Source: an uncultured Haloferula sp.
GTDB taxonomy: Bacteria; Verrucomicrobiota; Verrucomicrobiia; Verrucomicrobiales; Akkermansiaceae
Reading direction: 5' to 3'
NCBI GenBank assembly: GCA_965652295.1
Contig: CBFGTS010000005.1
Coordinates: forward strand, 64,001 to 128,000
Length of the DNA stretch: 64,000 nucleotides
Under the pieces are notes generated by a model. It did no database searches, was not told the DNA's origin, and was given only the letters and a program-made list of their open reading frames with translations. Made by a program: the position numbers and the translations under genes. Every line of letters begins with the position of its first letter. Position 1 is the stretch's first letter. Below are positions 28,460-37,987 of this stretch, piece after piece.

Positions 28460-28900
28460 TCAAGACCCCGTGCGGCCTTCGTCGAGATCGAGGAACTCGA
28501 ACATCGTTTCCACGGTTCCGGGGGGCAGTCCGGCTTCGGCGAGGCGTTTGTGAAGGGTTTCGGTGCCGGCATCCCGCCAGCCGCGCTTGGTCATGAAGGC
28601 GTTCCAGATTTCCAACTCCTCGTCACTTGGCCGACGGCCGTGGGTGAAGGCCCAAGCGAGGATCTCCTCATCGGTTCCGCCTTTGAGGGTTTCCGCGGTC
28701 AGTTCGTCGTAATCGATCTGAAGGAAGCGGCAGCACCGCGAATCGAAGGTCGTCGGGTAGGCATTGCCCAGGCTGGCGATCCAATCGGCCGGCAGTTCAC
28801 CCGCGGCGTGCAGGCGGATCTTGTCGAGCATGCGCCCGAAATAGACGAGGCCACCGAGGGTTTCGTGAGGACTGCGTAAACCGGGGATGTTGGTGGGCAT
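28460..28900 (-). CDS. DUF5069-family protein
   Basis: LRSPHETLGGLVYFGRMLDKIRLHAAGELP and FLDLDEGR motifs. Confidence 0.82.
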   Translation of the reverse strand: MPTNIPGLRSPHETLGGLVYFGRMLDKIRLHAAGELPADWIASLGNAYPTTFDSRCCRFLQIDYDELTAETLKGGTDEEILAWAFTHGRRPSDEELEIWNAFMTKRGWRDAGTETLHKRLAEAGLPPGTVETMFEFLDLDEGRTGS

Positions 28901-29049
28901 GGCGGAGAGAGTTTGTGAAGGCGTGCGTTTGCGGCAAGGCGGATTTGCGGCCAGCAGGCGGGGTCCAGGTTTCCAGAGCCACCTGATTGGGGGATGGTCA
29001 GGGAGTGAAAATGCGGCACTGTAGATTTGACCCGCTCTCCAAACCCTTG

Positions 29050-32000
29050 ATGCCCCTCCCTCGCTCCTTTCTATACTTCATCGGTTCCGCCGTGTTGCCG
29101 CTTACGGCGCAGGTGGTGATCCACGAGGTCCATTACGACCCGGCGGATGAGACCAGCCGGGAGGAATTCATCGAACTCCACAACCCGGGCGAGTCGGCCA
29201 TCGATCTCTCCGGATGGAGCCTGGCCGACGCGGTGGACTTCGTGTTTCCCGGCGGGACGCAGCTTCCGGCGGGGGGATACCTCGTGATCGGCGAGGACCC
29301 GACCACGCTGGCCTCGGTGTATGGCGTCGCGGCTCTGGGACCGTGGGAAAAGGGTCTCAGCAACGAAGGAGAAACGATCACGGTGCTGGACGGAGCGGCA
29401 TCGGTCGTGGACGAGGTGAGCTACAAGCCGGGTTTTCCGTGGCCGACCGGCGCGCGCGGCGGGGGCGGCTCGATGGAGCTGGTGAATCCTGCGCTCGACA
29501 ATGACCTCGGCGGATCGTGGCGCACCTCCGGCTCTCCGCCGGTACCGCCGGTGGTGGTGACCTACGTGCCGGAAGCCAGCACGGCGTGGAGGTACCGGAA
29601 GGGCACTTCGGAGGCTTCGAGTCCGATGGACGAATGGCGCGCGACGACTTTCGTGGAGGACGCCACCTGGTTGAGCGGGCAGGCACCGGTGGGCTACGGG
29701 GATGGGGACGACAACACGGTGCTGGGAGACATGCGCTTCAATTACTCCACCGTGTATCTGCGGCACGAGTTTTTGGTGGACCCGGAGGAAATGCCGGAAC
29801 AGCTGGTGTTGCGGATCTATGTGGACGATGGCGCGGTGGCGTGGATCAACGGGGCGGAGGTGGCGCGTGTGTTCGTCGGCGACGGCCAGCTCGGCTACGA
29901 TGCGACGGCGACAAACCACGAGGCCGAGTGGGTGGAGGTCGCCATTCCCAATGCCAACACCTTTCTGGTGGGGGGAACCAACGTGCTGGCAATTCATGCG
30001 GTCAACCAGCAGCTCGACAGCTCGGATTTCTCGATCGACGCGGACCTGGCGACACCCGACCCGGAGGAGGTGGGCCCGGCACCCACACCGGGCGCGCCCA
30101 ACTCGTCGCATTCGGTGGCGGTGCCGCCGCAGATCCGTCAGGTCGATCACGCCCCAGAGTCCCCGCTCTCCGGCGAGGCGGTTGTGGTGACCGCCAAGGT
30201 GACCGACCCCCAAGGCGTGGCGTCGGTGAGTCTGCTTTACCAGATCGTGGAACCGGGAGCCTACATCCGCCTGACCGATGCCGCCTACGAAAGCAACTGG
30301 GCGGCCTTGGCGATGAACGACAGCGGGACGGACGGCGACGCGGTGGCGGGCGACGATGTGTACTCCGTGACCGTGCCCGGAAGCGTGCAAGCGCACCGCC
30401 GGCTCATCCGTTACCGCATCGAAGCTGAAGACACCGATGCCCATGGCTTGACCGTGCCGTACGCGGACGATGGGCAGCCGAACTTCGCTTGGTTCGTTTA
30501 TGATGCCTACCCATCCTGGAGCGGTCGCTTCACGCCCGCCTCTCCCCAGCAAACCTTTCCTGCCGGCCTGATGGATGATCTTCCGGTGTACCAGGTCATC
30601 GCGAACAACACCGACGTCATCAACTCGCAATACAACGGCAGCTTCGACGGCGTTCACATGCCGGGCACGCTGGTTTATGATGGCGTGGTTTACGACCACA
30701 TCCGCTTCGAGAACCGCGGCGAGGCATCGACTTATCGATCCGGGAAAAACAAGTGGCGCTTCCATTTCAACCGCGCCCGCCGCTTCCAGGGGCGCGACGA
30801 TTGGGGGAAGAAGTACGATTCCACCTGGACGAAACTCAACTTGAACGCCTGCGCCTCGCCCTGGGCGGCGGTGAACCGGGGGATGGCGGGCCTGGATGAG
30901 GCCGTTTCCTTTCGGCTCTACGATCTCGCAGGGGTACCGAGTTCACGGACTCACCATCTTTCCCTCCGGGTCATCGATGACGCGGCGGAGACCGATCCGG
31001 CGGACCAATACGAGGGGGATCTCTGGGGGCTGTATCTGGCGGTGGAACAGCCGAACGGATCGTTTCTCGACGACCGCGGACTTGAAGACGGGAATATTTA
31101 CAAAATCGAAGGAGGCTCGGGCGACAAGAAGGAGCAGGGGAACACGCAGACGGTTGATTCGTCGGATTGGAACAGCTTCTACAGCGCCTCGGACAGCGCG
31201 CAGACGGAGCAATGGTGGCGGGATCACATGGACATGCCGACCTACTACTCAATGCGGGCGATGAACCGCCTGACCGGCAACGTCGACCTCCGCTATGGCT
31301 TCAACCATTATTTCTATCATGAGCCGACGACCGACCGTTGGGTGCCGATGCCCTGGGATCTGGACATGATGTACATTGCCGAGACCCATTGGTCCGGCGT
31401 GATCCGTCAGCAGAACTCGGTATTGAACCACTCGGCGCTCGCGTTGGAACTCCGCAACCGATGCCGGGAAGTCCTCGACCTCATGGCCTCGGACGCGTCG
31501 CCGACCGGCGGTCAGATCGGTCAATTGTTCGACGAGTACGCCCAGATGGTGAACCCCACCGGACAAGCGCAGACCTGGGCGGATATCGACGCCTTTCTCT
31601 GGAACTACCATCCCCGTAGCCAGGGTAATCCGGACAACCATTCGGGGCAGACGAATCATAAGGGGAACTTCTACTATTCGCCCTTCACGGACTCGAGAAT
31701 CGGCGGAGACTACGTCCGGACCTTGGTGTCGCAGGATCACGAGGGTTTCGTGCGTTATCTCATCGACTACACGACGGACACTTTTCCCGGAACGGGTTGG
31801 TCTCCGGGCAACGGCATTCCCGCCGGCTATGGCTTCGAGTATCTCAGCCTGGAGGCTGCCGATCCTCTGATTCCGAACACGCCGGTCATCGCCTACACCG
31901 GAGAGGGCGGCTACCCGACGAACGGGCTGTCCTTCAGCAGCAGCGCGTTTTCCGCCCCTGGCGGTGGGGGAAGCTTCGGCAGGATGCGGTGGCGCATCGC

Positions 32001-33168
32001 CGAAATCGCCGCGCCCGGGATCGAGGGCTACGAGTACGGCGAGCCCCGTAGGTACGAGATCGAAACGCAGCATCTCGACGAGCTGGCCGTGTTTTCCTCC
32101 AGCTACGCGCTGCCCGCCGGCGTGGTGGCTCCCGGCCATACCTACCGCGTGCGGGTGCAGCATGAGGATGTGACGGGACGCACCAGCCATTGGTCGGAGC
32201 CGGTCGAGTTCACCGTGACCGGCGCGGACGTTTCCGTGCTGGCCTCGAACCTGGTGGTTTCCGAAGTCCACTACCACCCGGCGAATCCGAGTGGCGACGA
32301 GCTTCTGGTGGCGGACAATGACGGCGAGTTCGAATTCCTCGAGCTGACCAATGTCTCCGACACGCTCACGCTCGATCTCTCCGGGCTGTCGTTCACCGAA
32401 GGGATCAGCTTTGATTTCGCCACCGCCCCGATCCAATCCCTCGCGCCGGGCGAAAGCGTGGTGATCGTGAGCAACGCGGCGGCTTTCGGAGCGAGATATG
32501 GCAGCGGCCTGCCCGTGGCCGGCGAGTATGGGGGGGCGCTCAACAACGGCGGCGAGCAGCTCGTGCTGTCGTACGCGGTGACCACCCCGCTGATCGATTT
32601 CACCTATGACGACGCCGCGCCGTGGCCGACCGAGCCGGATGGCGATGGCGTTTCGCTGGTGCTCGTCGAGCCGCGATCGGTGCCGGATCACACGCTCGCT
32701 TCGAGCTGGACCGCGGGTGCCGTGATGCACGGCACTCCGGGCGCGCTTGAGAGCACCGCCCCGACCTTCGCCTCGTGGAGCGCCGATGTCTTTTCTGCCG
32801 CCGAGCTGGCGGACGACGGGATCTCGGGTACCGGAGCCGATCCGGACGGCGATGGCTTGGTGAACCTGCTGGAGTTCGCCCTCGGCCTCGATCCAAAGGC
32901 TTCCGACGCGGCCGACGCGGTCACCGGTGGCATGGTGAACCTCGGCGGTCAGAATTTCCTCGCGCTCACCTTCCGCCGCCGGGTGGAAAGGGAGCACCTC
33001 GTTTACACGGTCGAGTCTTCGCCGGATCTGGCCAGCTGGACGCCGGCCGGGGGTGTGGAGTTTGAGGTCATCGATGAAGGAAACGGTTTCGAAACCGTGA
33101 CGATCCGCTCCGGCACCCAGGTGGGTGCGGAAGCGGAATTCCTGCGGCTGGCGGTAAGCGAGCCGTGA
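29050..33168 (+). CDS. Secreted lamin-tail-domain / CotH kinase-family protein
   Basis: Two LTD-like segments (VVIHEVHYDP..EFIELHN and VVSEVHYHP..EFLELTN); CotH-like RGEAS..KNKWRFHF and HNYF..PWDLD-type segment; DPDGDG repeat. Confidence 0.85.
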   Translation: MPLPRSFLYFIGSAVLPLTAQVVIHEVHYDPADETSREEFIELHNPGESAIDLSGWSLADAVDFVFPGGTQLPAGGYLVIGEDPTTLASVYGVAALGPWEKGLSNEGETITVLDGAASVVDEVSYKPGFPWPTGARGGGGSMELVNPALDNDLGGSWRTSGSPPVPPVVVTYVPEASTAWRYRKGTSEASSPMDEWRATTFVEDATWLSGQAPVGYGDGDDNTVLGDMRFNYSTVYLRHEFLVDPEEMPEQLVLRIYVDDGAVAWINGAEVARVFVGDGQLGYDATATNHEAEWVEVAIPNANTFLVGGTNVLAIHAVNQQLDSSDFSIDADLATPDPEEVGPAPTPGAPNSSHSVAVPPQIRQVDHAPESPLSGEAVVVTAKVTDPQGVASVSLLYQIVEPGAYIRLTDAAYESNWAALAMNDSGTDGDAVAGDDVYSVTVPGSVQAHRRLIRYRIEAEDTDAHGLTVPYADDGQPNFAWFVYDAYPSWSGRFTPASPQQTFPAGLMDDLPVYQVIANNTDVINSQYNGSFDGVHMPGTLVYDGVVYDHIRFENRGEASTYRSGKNKWRFHFNRARRFQGRDDWGKKYDSTWTKLNLNACASPWAAVNRGMAGLDEAVSFRLYDLAGVPSSRTHHLSLRVIDDAAETDPADQYEGDLWGLYLAVEQPNGSFLDDRGLEDGNIYKIEGGSGDKKEQGNTQTVDSSDWNSFYSASDSAQTEQWWRDHMDMPTYYSMRAMNRLTGNVDLRYGFNHYFYHEPTTDRWVPMPWDLDMMYIAETHWSGVIRQQNSVLNHSALALELRNRCREVLDLMASDASPTGGQIGQLFDEYAQMVNPTGQAQTWADIDAFLWNYHPRSQGNPDNHSGQTNHKGNFYYSPFTDSRIGGDYVRTLVSQDHEGFVRYLIDYTTDTFPGTGWSPGNGIPAGYGFEYLSLEAADPLIPNTPVIAYTGEGGYPTNGLSFSSSAFSAPGGGGSFGRMRWRIAEIAAPGIEGYEYGEPRRYEIETQHLDELAVFSSSYALPAGVVAPGHTYRVRVQHEDVTGRTSHWSEPVEFTVTGADVSVLASNLVVSEVHYHPANPSGDELLVADNDGEFEFLELTNVSDTLTLDLSGLSFTEGISFDFATAPIQSLAPGESVVIVSNAAAFGARYGSGLPVAGEYGGALNNGGEQLVLSYAVTTPLIDFTYDDAAPWPTEPDGDGVSLVLVEPRSVPDHTLASSWTAGAVMHGTPGALESTAPTFASWSADVFSAAELADDGISGTGADPDGDGLVNLLEFALGLDPKASDAADAVTGGMVNLGGQNFLALTFRRRVEREHLVYTVESSPDLASWTPAGGVEFEVIDEGNGFETVTIRSGTQVGAEAEFLRLAVSEP

Positions 33169-33246
33169 TCGGAAGGGCGTTACAAACCCCGTGCCGGATC
33201 ACCGCTCGCCACCGCGCCGGGGCCATGTTACCGCCTTTGCCCGCCG

Positions 33247-35046
33247 ATGACCGAGGAGACCCCACGCCGCAGTTTGCCCGACTGGATGAGGGCGAAGCTG
33301 AGCGATGAGCAGAGGTTTCTCCTTCTCTGCGTGCTCGGCGGTCTCCTCTGCGGGCTGGCGGCGGTGGCCTTCCACCTGGCCATCCACCACATGTTCCATT
33401 GGCTGTGGGAAACGGCACGCTCGCAGCCGCAGGCGGGGTTTTGTGCGATCATGCTCGGCGCGCCCACGCTGGCGGGGCTGCTGGTGGGCATCGGTGTCCG
33501 GTTTTTCGCGCCGAACGCGGCCGGCAGCGGCATTCCGCAGACCAAGGCCGCCTACTACAACCACGGCGGTAAAATCTCCAGCCGCACCGGGGTGTGGCGC
33601 TTCGTGCTCGGCGCGCTCTACGTCGGCCTCGGCAACAGCCTCGGGCGCGAGGGCCCCACGGTGCACATCAGCACGGCGATCACCTCGCGCATCGGACGCT
33701 GGGCTTTCCGCGACCCCACGCGGATCCAGTCGATGGCTCCGGTCGGCATGGCGGCGGGCATCGCCGCGGCCTTCAACGCGCCGCTCTCCGCGCTGACCTT
33801 CGTGTTCGAGGAGCTGCTGGACAATTTCTCGATGAAAGCCCTCGGCGGAATGGTCGTCGCGGTGGTCGTCGCTGCCGCTGTTTCCCGCACGCTGCTAGGG
33901 GAGGATCCGGTGATCACCGCCCGGATCGCCGAAGACTACCACACTTCCTGGTGGATGCTCGTCGCGCTGCCGCTGGGTCTCGCGTCCGGCTTGATCGGGC
34001 ACGGCTTCGTCAAGGGAATCCTCGGCATCCGCGAGGCATTTCGGGAGCGGCAGTTTCTTCCCACGTGGATCCGGCCTGCGGTCGGCGGGCTCGCTTGCGG
34101 GCTTCTCGGGCTCGCGGCGTACTATCTCACCCGGGACATGGGCGATGCCCGCAGCTCGGTTTTCAGCATCGGTTACGACAGCCTTGAGGCGGCCTTCGAA
34201 AACAAGCTGACGGTCGGCATCCTGCTCGTGCTGCTGGTGATGAAATTCGTCGCCGTGGTGCTGAACTACGCGACCGGCGGCTCCGGCGGCCTGTTTTCTC
34301 CGACGCTTTTCCTCGGCGGCATGCTGGGCGCGCTCGTCGGGGTCGGACTTGCCGACCTGCAGCACGTGATCCAGTGGATTCCGATGTTTCCCAGCGATGG
34401 CAAAGTCATCGGTGGCTGCGTCCTGCTCGGCATGGGGGCGATGTTTGCCGCCGTGGTGAGGTGCCCTTTCACCTCGCTGATCATCATTTTCGAAATGACC
34501 GGCAACTACTCGTTGATCCTTCCGCTGATGGCGGGGAACATGCTCGCCTGGCAGATCGCGAAGAAGCTTCAGCCGGTCAGCATCTACAACGCGCTGCTGC
34601 TCCAGGATGGCGTTACGTTGCGCCGCATGCCCGCCTACCGCGGTGCGCAGGACTACCGCAAGCTGCCCGTGAAAGTCATCATGAGTCATGAACCCTTCGT
34701 CATCCACGCGGCCGAGTCCCCCGCGGCGGCGTTGAAGAGGATCCAGGCCGAGGCCAAGCGCTTCCATGCCTACCCCGTGACCGGACCGGACGACGGACTG
34801 CGCGGGGTCATCACCCTCCACGAGCTGGAGGAGAACCCGGAGGCCGCCGCCGTTTCCGAGCTGATGAACGGCCAGCGGCTCACCAGCGTGACCATCGAGA
34901 CCTCCATCCGCGACGCCGCCAACCGCATGATCGCCCGCGACATCCAGCAGGTTCCCGTGGTCAGCCCCGTCGATCCCCGCAAGCTCCTCGGCTGGCTCAC
35001 CCTCAACGACATCGCCCGCCAGCAGAACGCGGCGGAGGAGGTGTAG
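33247..35046 (+). CDS. ClC-family chloride transporter (probable Cl-/H+ antiporter) with CBS pair
   Basis: GSGIP, GREGP (gating Glu), FVFEE (proton Glu position), GGLFSP and SIY motifs; two C-terminal CBS-like segments. Confidence 0.93.
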   Translation: MTEETPRRSLPDWMRAKLSDEQRFLLLCVLGGLLCGLAAVAFHLAIHHMFHWLWETARSQPQAGFCAIMLGAPTLAGLLVGIGVRFFAPNAAGSGIPQTKAAYYNHGGKISSRTGVWRFVLGALYVGLGNSLGREGPTVHISTAITSRIGRWAFRDPTRIQSMAPVGMAAGIAAAFNAPLSALTFVFEELLDNFSMKALGGMVVAVVVAAAVSRTLLGEDPVITARIAEDYHTSWWMLVALPLGLASGLIGHGFVKGILGIREAFRERQFLPTWIRPAVGGLACGLLGLAAYYLTRDMGDARSSVFSIGYDSLEAAFENKLTVGILLVLLVMKFVAVVLNYATGGSGGLFSPTLFLGGMLGALVGVGLADLQHVIQWIPMFPSDGKVIGGCVLLGMGAMFAAVVRCPFTSLIIIFEMTGNYSLILPLMAGNMLAWQIAKKLQPVSIYNALLLQDGVTLRRMPAYRGAQDYRKLPVKVIMSHEPFVIHAAESPAAALKRIQAEAKRFHAYPVTGPDDGLRGVITLHELEENPEAAAVSELMNGQRLTSVTIETSIRDAANRMIARDIQQVPVVSPVDPRKLLGWLTLNDIARQQNAAEEV

Positions 35047-35123
35047 GAAAGCGGAGCCAGAACTCCGCCTTCGCGGTTTCCCTTTGCAAGCCGTACCTCA
35101 TCGGCGATGAAAAGGATGACGGT

Positions 35124-36929
35124 ATGAGCGTTTCCGACTTCCAGCTTTGGTTCACCTTCGGCGTCTTGGGCGTGGTGTTTCTCTGCTTCATCCGGGAGTG
35201 GGTGGCGACCGAGCTGGCGGCGCTCGGGGGGATGGCGGTGCTGATCGTGACCGGAATCCTCGGGGAAGCGGAAATCACCGGGGTTTTCTCCAACTCCGCG
35301 CCGCTGACCATCGGTGCCATGTTCGTGCTGGCGAGCGCGCTGACCCGCACCGGCGCGATCGATTGGCTCGCGGAGCGTTTCATCAGCTGGGCCGGCACGT
35401 CCATGACCCGCGTGCTACTGGTGCTGGCGCTGATCGTCGTGCCGCTCTCCGGCTTTCTCAACAACACGCCGGTGGTGGTCGTGTTCCTGCCCGTGATCAT
35501 GGCCTTCTGCCGGCGCTCCGGCATGCGCGCCAGCAAGCTGCTCATCCCGCTTTCATTTCTCAGCATCCTCGGCGGCACCACCACGCTGATCGGCACCTCG
35601 ACCAACCTGCTCGTCGCCGGGGTGGCGAAGGAGCACGATCAGCCGCCCTTCGGGATCTTCGAGATCACCGGCCTCGGCGCGATCTATGCGATCGTCGGGT
35701 TCGTCTACCTCTACTTCATCGGACGCCACCTGCTTCCGGACCGAGATACGGTGAGCAGCCTCCTGGACGCCGAGGATACCCGCCAGTTCTGCAGCGCGGT
35801 GGAAATCACGGAGGGCTCCCCGCTGGCCGGCACACGGCTCATCGAGTCCCCGCTTTTCTCCGATAAGCATCGTACGATGGTGTACGAAGTTGCCCGGCAC
35901 GGCCGCCGCGTCGAGGACATCCCGCTCGACGCACTGGTCCTGCACGAGCGCGACCTCCTCTGGTTCCGGGCCTCGGCGAAGCTGCTGGCGCAAATCCGCG
36001 AGACCAAGGGCGTGCAGATGCTTCACGAAAAGGTCGGAGCCGACGAAACCGCAGATGATGAAGGTGGCGGCCCCGAGGTGAAGACCGTCGAGGCAATCAT
36101 CGGTCCACGCAGTTCGCTGCTCGGAAGGTCGATCCGCGAGTCCGGCATCCGCCGCCGCTTCGGCGTGGTCGTCGCCGCCGTCCACCGCCGCGGCGTCAAC
36201 ATCGCCGAGAGTTACCAGGACGTTCCGTTGGCCTTCGGTGACACGCTGCTGCTGGAAGGCCCCGTTCACAACCTCCTCCGGCTGAGCCAGGAGGACGATT
36301 TTCTGAGCCTCAACGAGACCCAGGTCCAGGCGGTGCGGAAGTCCCGGGTGTTCTTGGCCACCGGCATCCTCCTGGCCGTGGTGCTCGCCGCGGCCAGTGG
36401 GTTGATGTCGATCACCGGAGCGGTGCTCGTCGGAGCCGTCACGGCCATCCTGACCCGCTGCGTCGATCTGCGGGAGGCCTACCGCAGCATCGAATGGAAC
36501 ATCCTTTTCCTCATCTACGGCATGCTGGGTATCGGCAAGGCAATGGAGGTGACCGGCGGGGCCGAAATGCTCGCCAACCTCACCGTCGCCGCCATGGAAA
36601 GGCATGGACCGCTGGCGATCCTGGCGGCGATCTACCTGCTTTCCTCCCTGCTCACCGAAGTCGTCACCAACAATGCCGTGGCGATCCTGTTGACCCCGGT
36701 GGTCATCTCGATCGCCGCCGCGCTGGAGGTCGACGCCCGCCCGTTCATCGTCGCGATCATGTTCGGTGCCAGCGCGAGCTTCCTCACTCCGATCGGCTAT
36801 CAGACGAATACCTATGTCTATGGTGCCGGCGGTTACCGGTTCCAGGATTTCGTGAAAGTCGGCCTCCCTCTGAATCTGCTCATGTGGGGCATCGCCGTGC
36901 TGCTGATCCCGCGCTTCTGGCCGTTTTGA
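35124..36929 (+). CDS. SLC13/CitMHS-type permease with TrkA-C domains
   Basis: SGFLNNTPVV, TLIGTSTNLL, TEVVTNNA and PIGYQTN motifs. Confidence 0.92.
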   Translation: MSVSDFQLWFTFGVLGVVFLCFIREWVATELAALGGMAVLIVTGILGEAEITGVFSNSAPLTIGAMFVLASALTRTGAIDWLAERFISWAGTSMTRVLLVLALIVVPLSGFLNNTPVVVVFLPVIMAFCRRSGMRASKLLIPLSFLSILGGTTTLIGTSTNLLVAGVAKEHDQPPFGIFEITGLGAIYAIVGFVYLYFIGRHLLPDRDTVSSLLDAEDTRQFCSAVEITEGSPLAGTRLIESPLFSDKHRTMVYEVARHGRRVEDIPLDALVLHERDLLWFRASAKLLAQIRETKGVQMLHEKVGADETADDEGGGPEVKTVEAIIGPRSSLLGRSIRESGIRRRFGVVVAAVHRRGVNIAESYQDVPLAFGDTLLLEGPVHNLLRLSQEDDFLSLNETQVQAVRKSRVFLATGILLAVVLAAASGLMSITGAVLVGAVTAILTRCVDLREAYRSIEWNILFLIYGMLGIGKAMEVTGGAEMLANLTVAAMERHGPLAILAAIYLLSSLLTEVVTNNAVAILLTPVVISIAAALEVDARPFIVAIMFGASASFLTPIGYQTNTYVYGAGGYRFQDFVKVGLPLNLLMWGIAVLLIPRFWPF

Positions 36930-36930
36930 T

Positions 36931-37001
36931 TTCCGGAGCAGCGGCATTCCTGCCGCTGGAGACTCCGGGAATTCATCATCAGGAATGCCGCTGCTCCGGA
37001 A
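36931..37001. repeat. 22-bp perfect inverted repeat (REP-like element or bidirectional terminator) between convergent genes
   Basis: TTCCGGAGCAGCGGCATTCCTG (36931-36952) pairs with CAGGAATGCCGCTGCTCCGGAA (36980-37001). Confidence 0.85.
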
Positions 37002-37859
37002 TCAATGATCCTCCACCCGGAGCGTGGTACTGAGGATGTGGCTGCCGCCGGGAGCGAGGATGATGGCGCGGTCGTTGGCAATGGCGGCCTCGACGCAGAC
37101 GAAGTCCTGGTAGCCTTCGTCGGGCAGGTCGCCGAGGGCGGCGGCTTTCTCGACCCACGGGTTCCAGACCACCGTCGAGGGGCTCCCCTCCTTTTCCACC
37201 ACGATCACCCGCTCGAAGCCGGGATCGACCAGGAGCGTGCTACTATCGTTCTCGTAGATCCGGTCCACCTCGCGGTCGAAATGGACGAGTCCCTCCTGGA
37301 TCCGCTCGGTCGGCGGGCCGACGGTGTCGAGGTAGATATCGCCATCGAGGCCGTCGATCTGGACGTTCTCGATGGCGGAAACCGTGAGATAGGTGTGGAG
37401 GGCGCCGGAGAGGGATGCGGGTTTCTCGCCGAGGTTGGTGGTATCGAGCACGAGCTGGAGGATTTCGCCGAGAAAGATATCGGCGAGAACAGCGAGATCG
37501 TCGACCCGGAAACTCAGCCGCAGGGTGACGCCGCTTTCGTCCTCGTCCGCCGAGTCGAGCGTCCAGAAGGCCGTCCGGGCGTGACCGTGGGAAGGCAGGG
37601 TGGAGTCACTCGGATGGGCATTGAACCACGGCCAGCAGATGGGGATGCCGCCGCGGATCGCCTTTCCCTCACGGAGTAAGGCCTCGGGGCTGAGGTAGAG
37701 CACCGGTGCCACGGCTGAAGTCGGCTGCCATTCCATGATGTGCGCTCCGTGAAGGGCCACACGCGCCTGACATAGCGGATGATGGATTTCCACGACCGGG
37801 TAGCCGGGCACGGGCTCGGCCAGACGGATGGATGGCGGAAACTTGGGAAAGGGCTGCAT
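37002..37859 (-). CDS. D-hexose-6-phosphate mutarotase (aldose 1-epimerase family)
   Basis: AIRGGIPICWPWF, HGHAR, ALHTYL, EVDRIY, VVWNPW and FVCVE motifs. Confidence 0.93.
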   Translation of the reverse strand: MQPFPKFPPSIRLAEPVPGYPVVEIHHPLCQARVALHGAHIMEWQPTSAVAPVLYLSPEALLREGKAIRGGIPICWPWFNAHPSDSTLPSHGHARTAFWTLDSADEDESGVTLRLSFRVDDLAVLADIFLGEILQLVLDTTNLGEKPASLSGALHTYLTVSAIENVQIDGLDGDIYLDTVGPPTERIQEGLVHFDREVDRIYENDSSTLLVDPGFERVIVVEKEGSPSTVVWNPWVEKAAALGDLPDEGYQDFVCVEAAIANDRAIILAPGGSHILSTTLRVEDH

Positions 37860-37987
37860 TGAGCCGGATACTGGAGCGGTTCCCGGGATGGCGCAAAGCG
37901 GGAGCGTGTGATTCTCTGTCAGCACGCGGCCGCTGGCGCGGACCGCTTTATCTTCCCTCGCCGCCGTCCAATCCCTATGTCGGAGCT

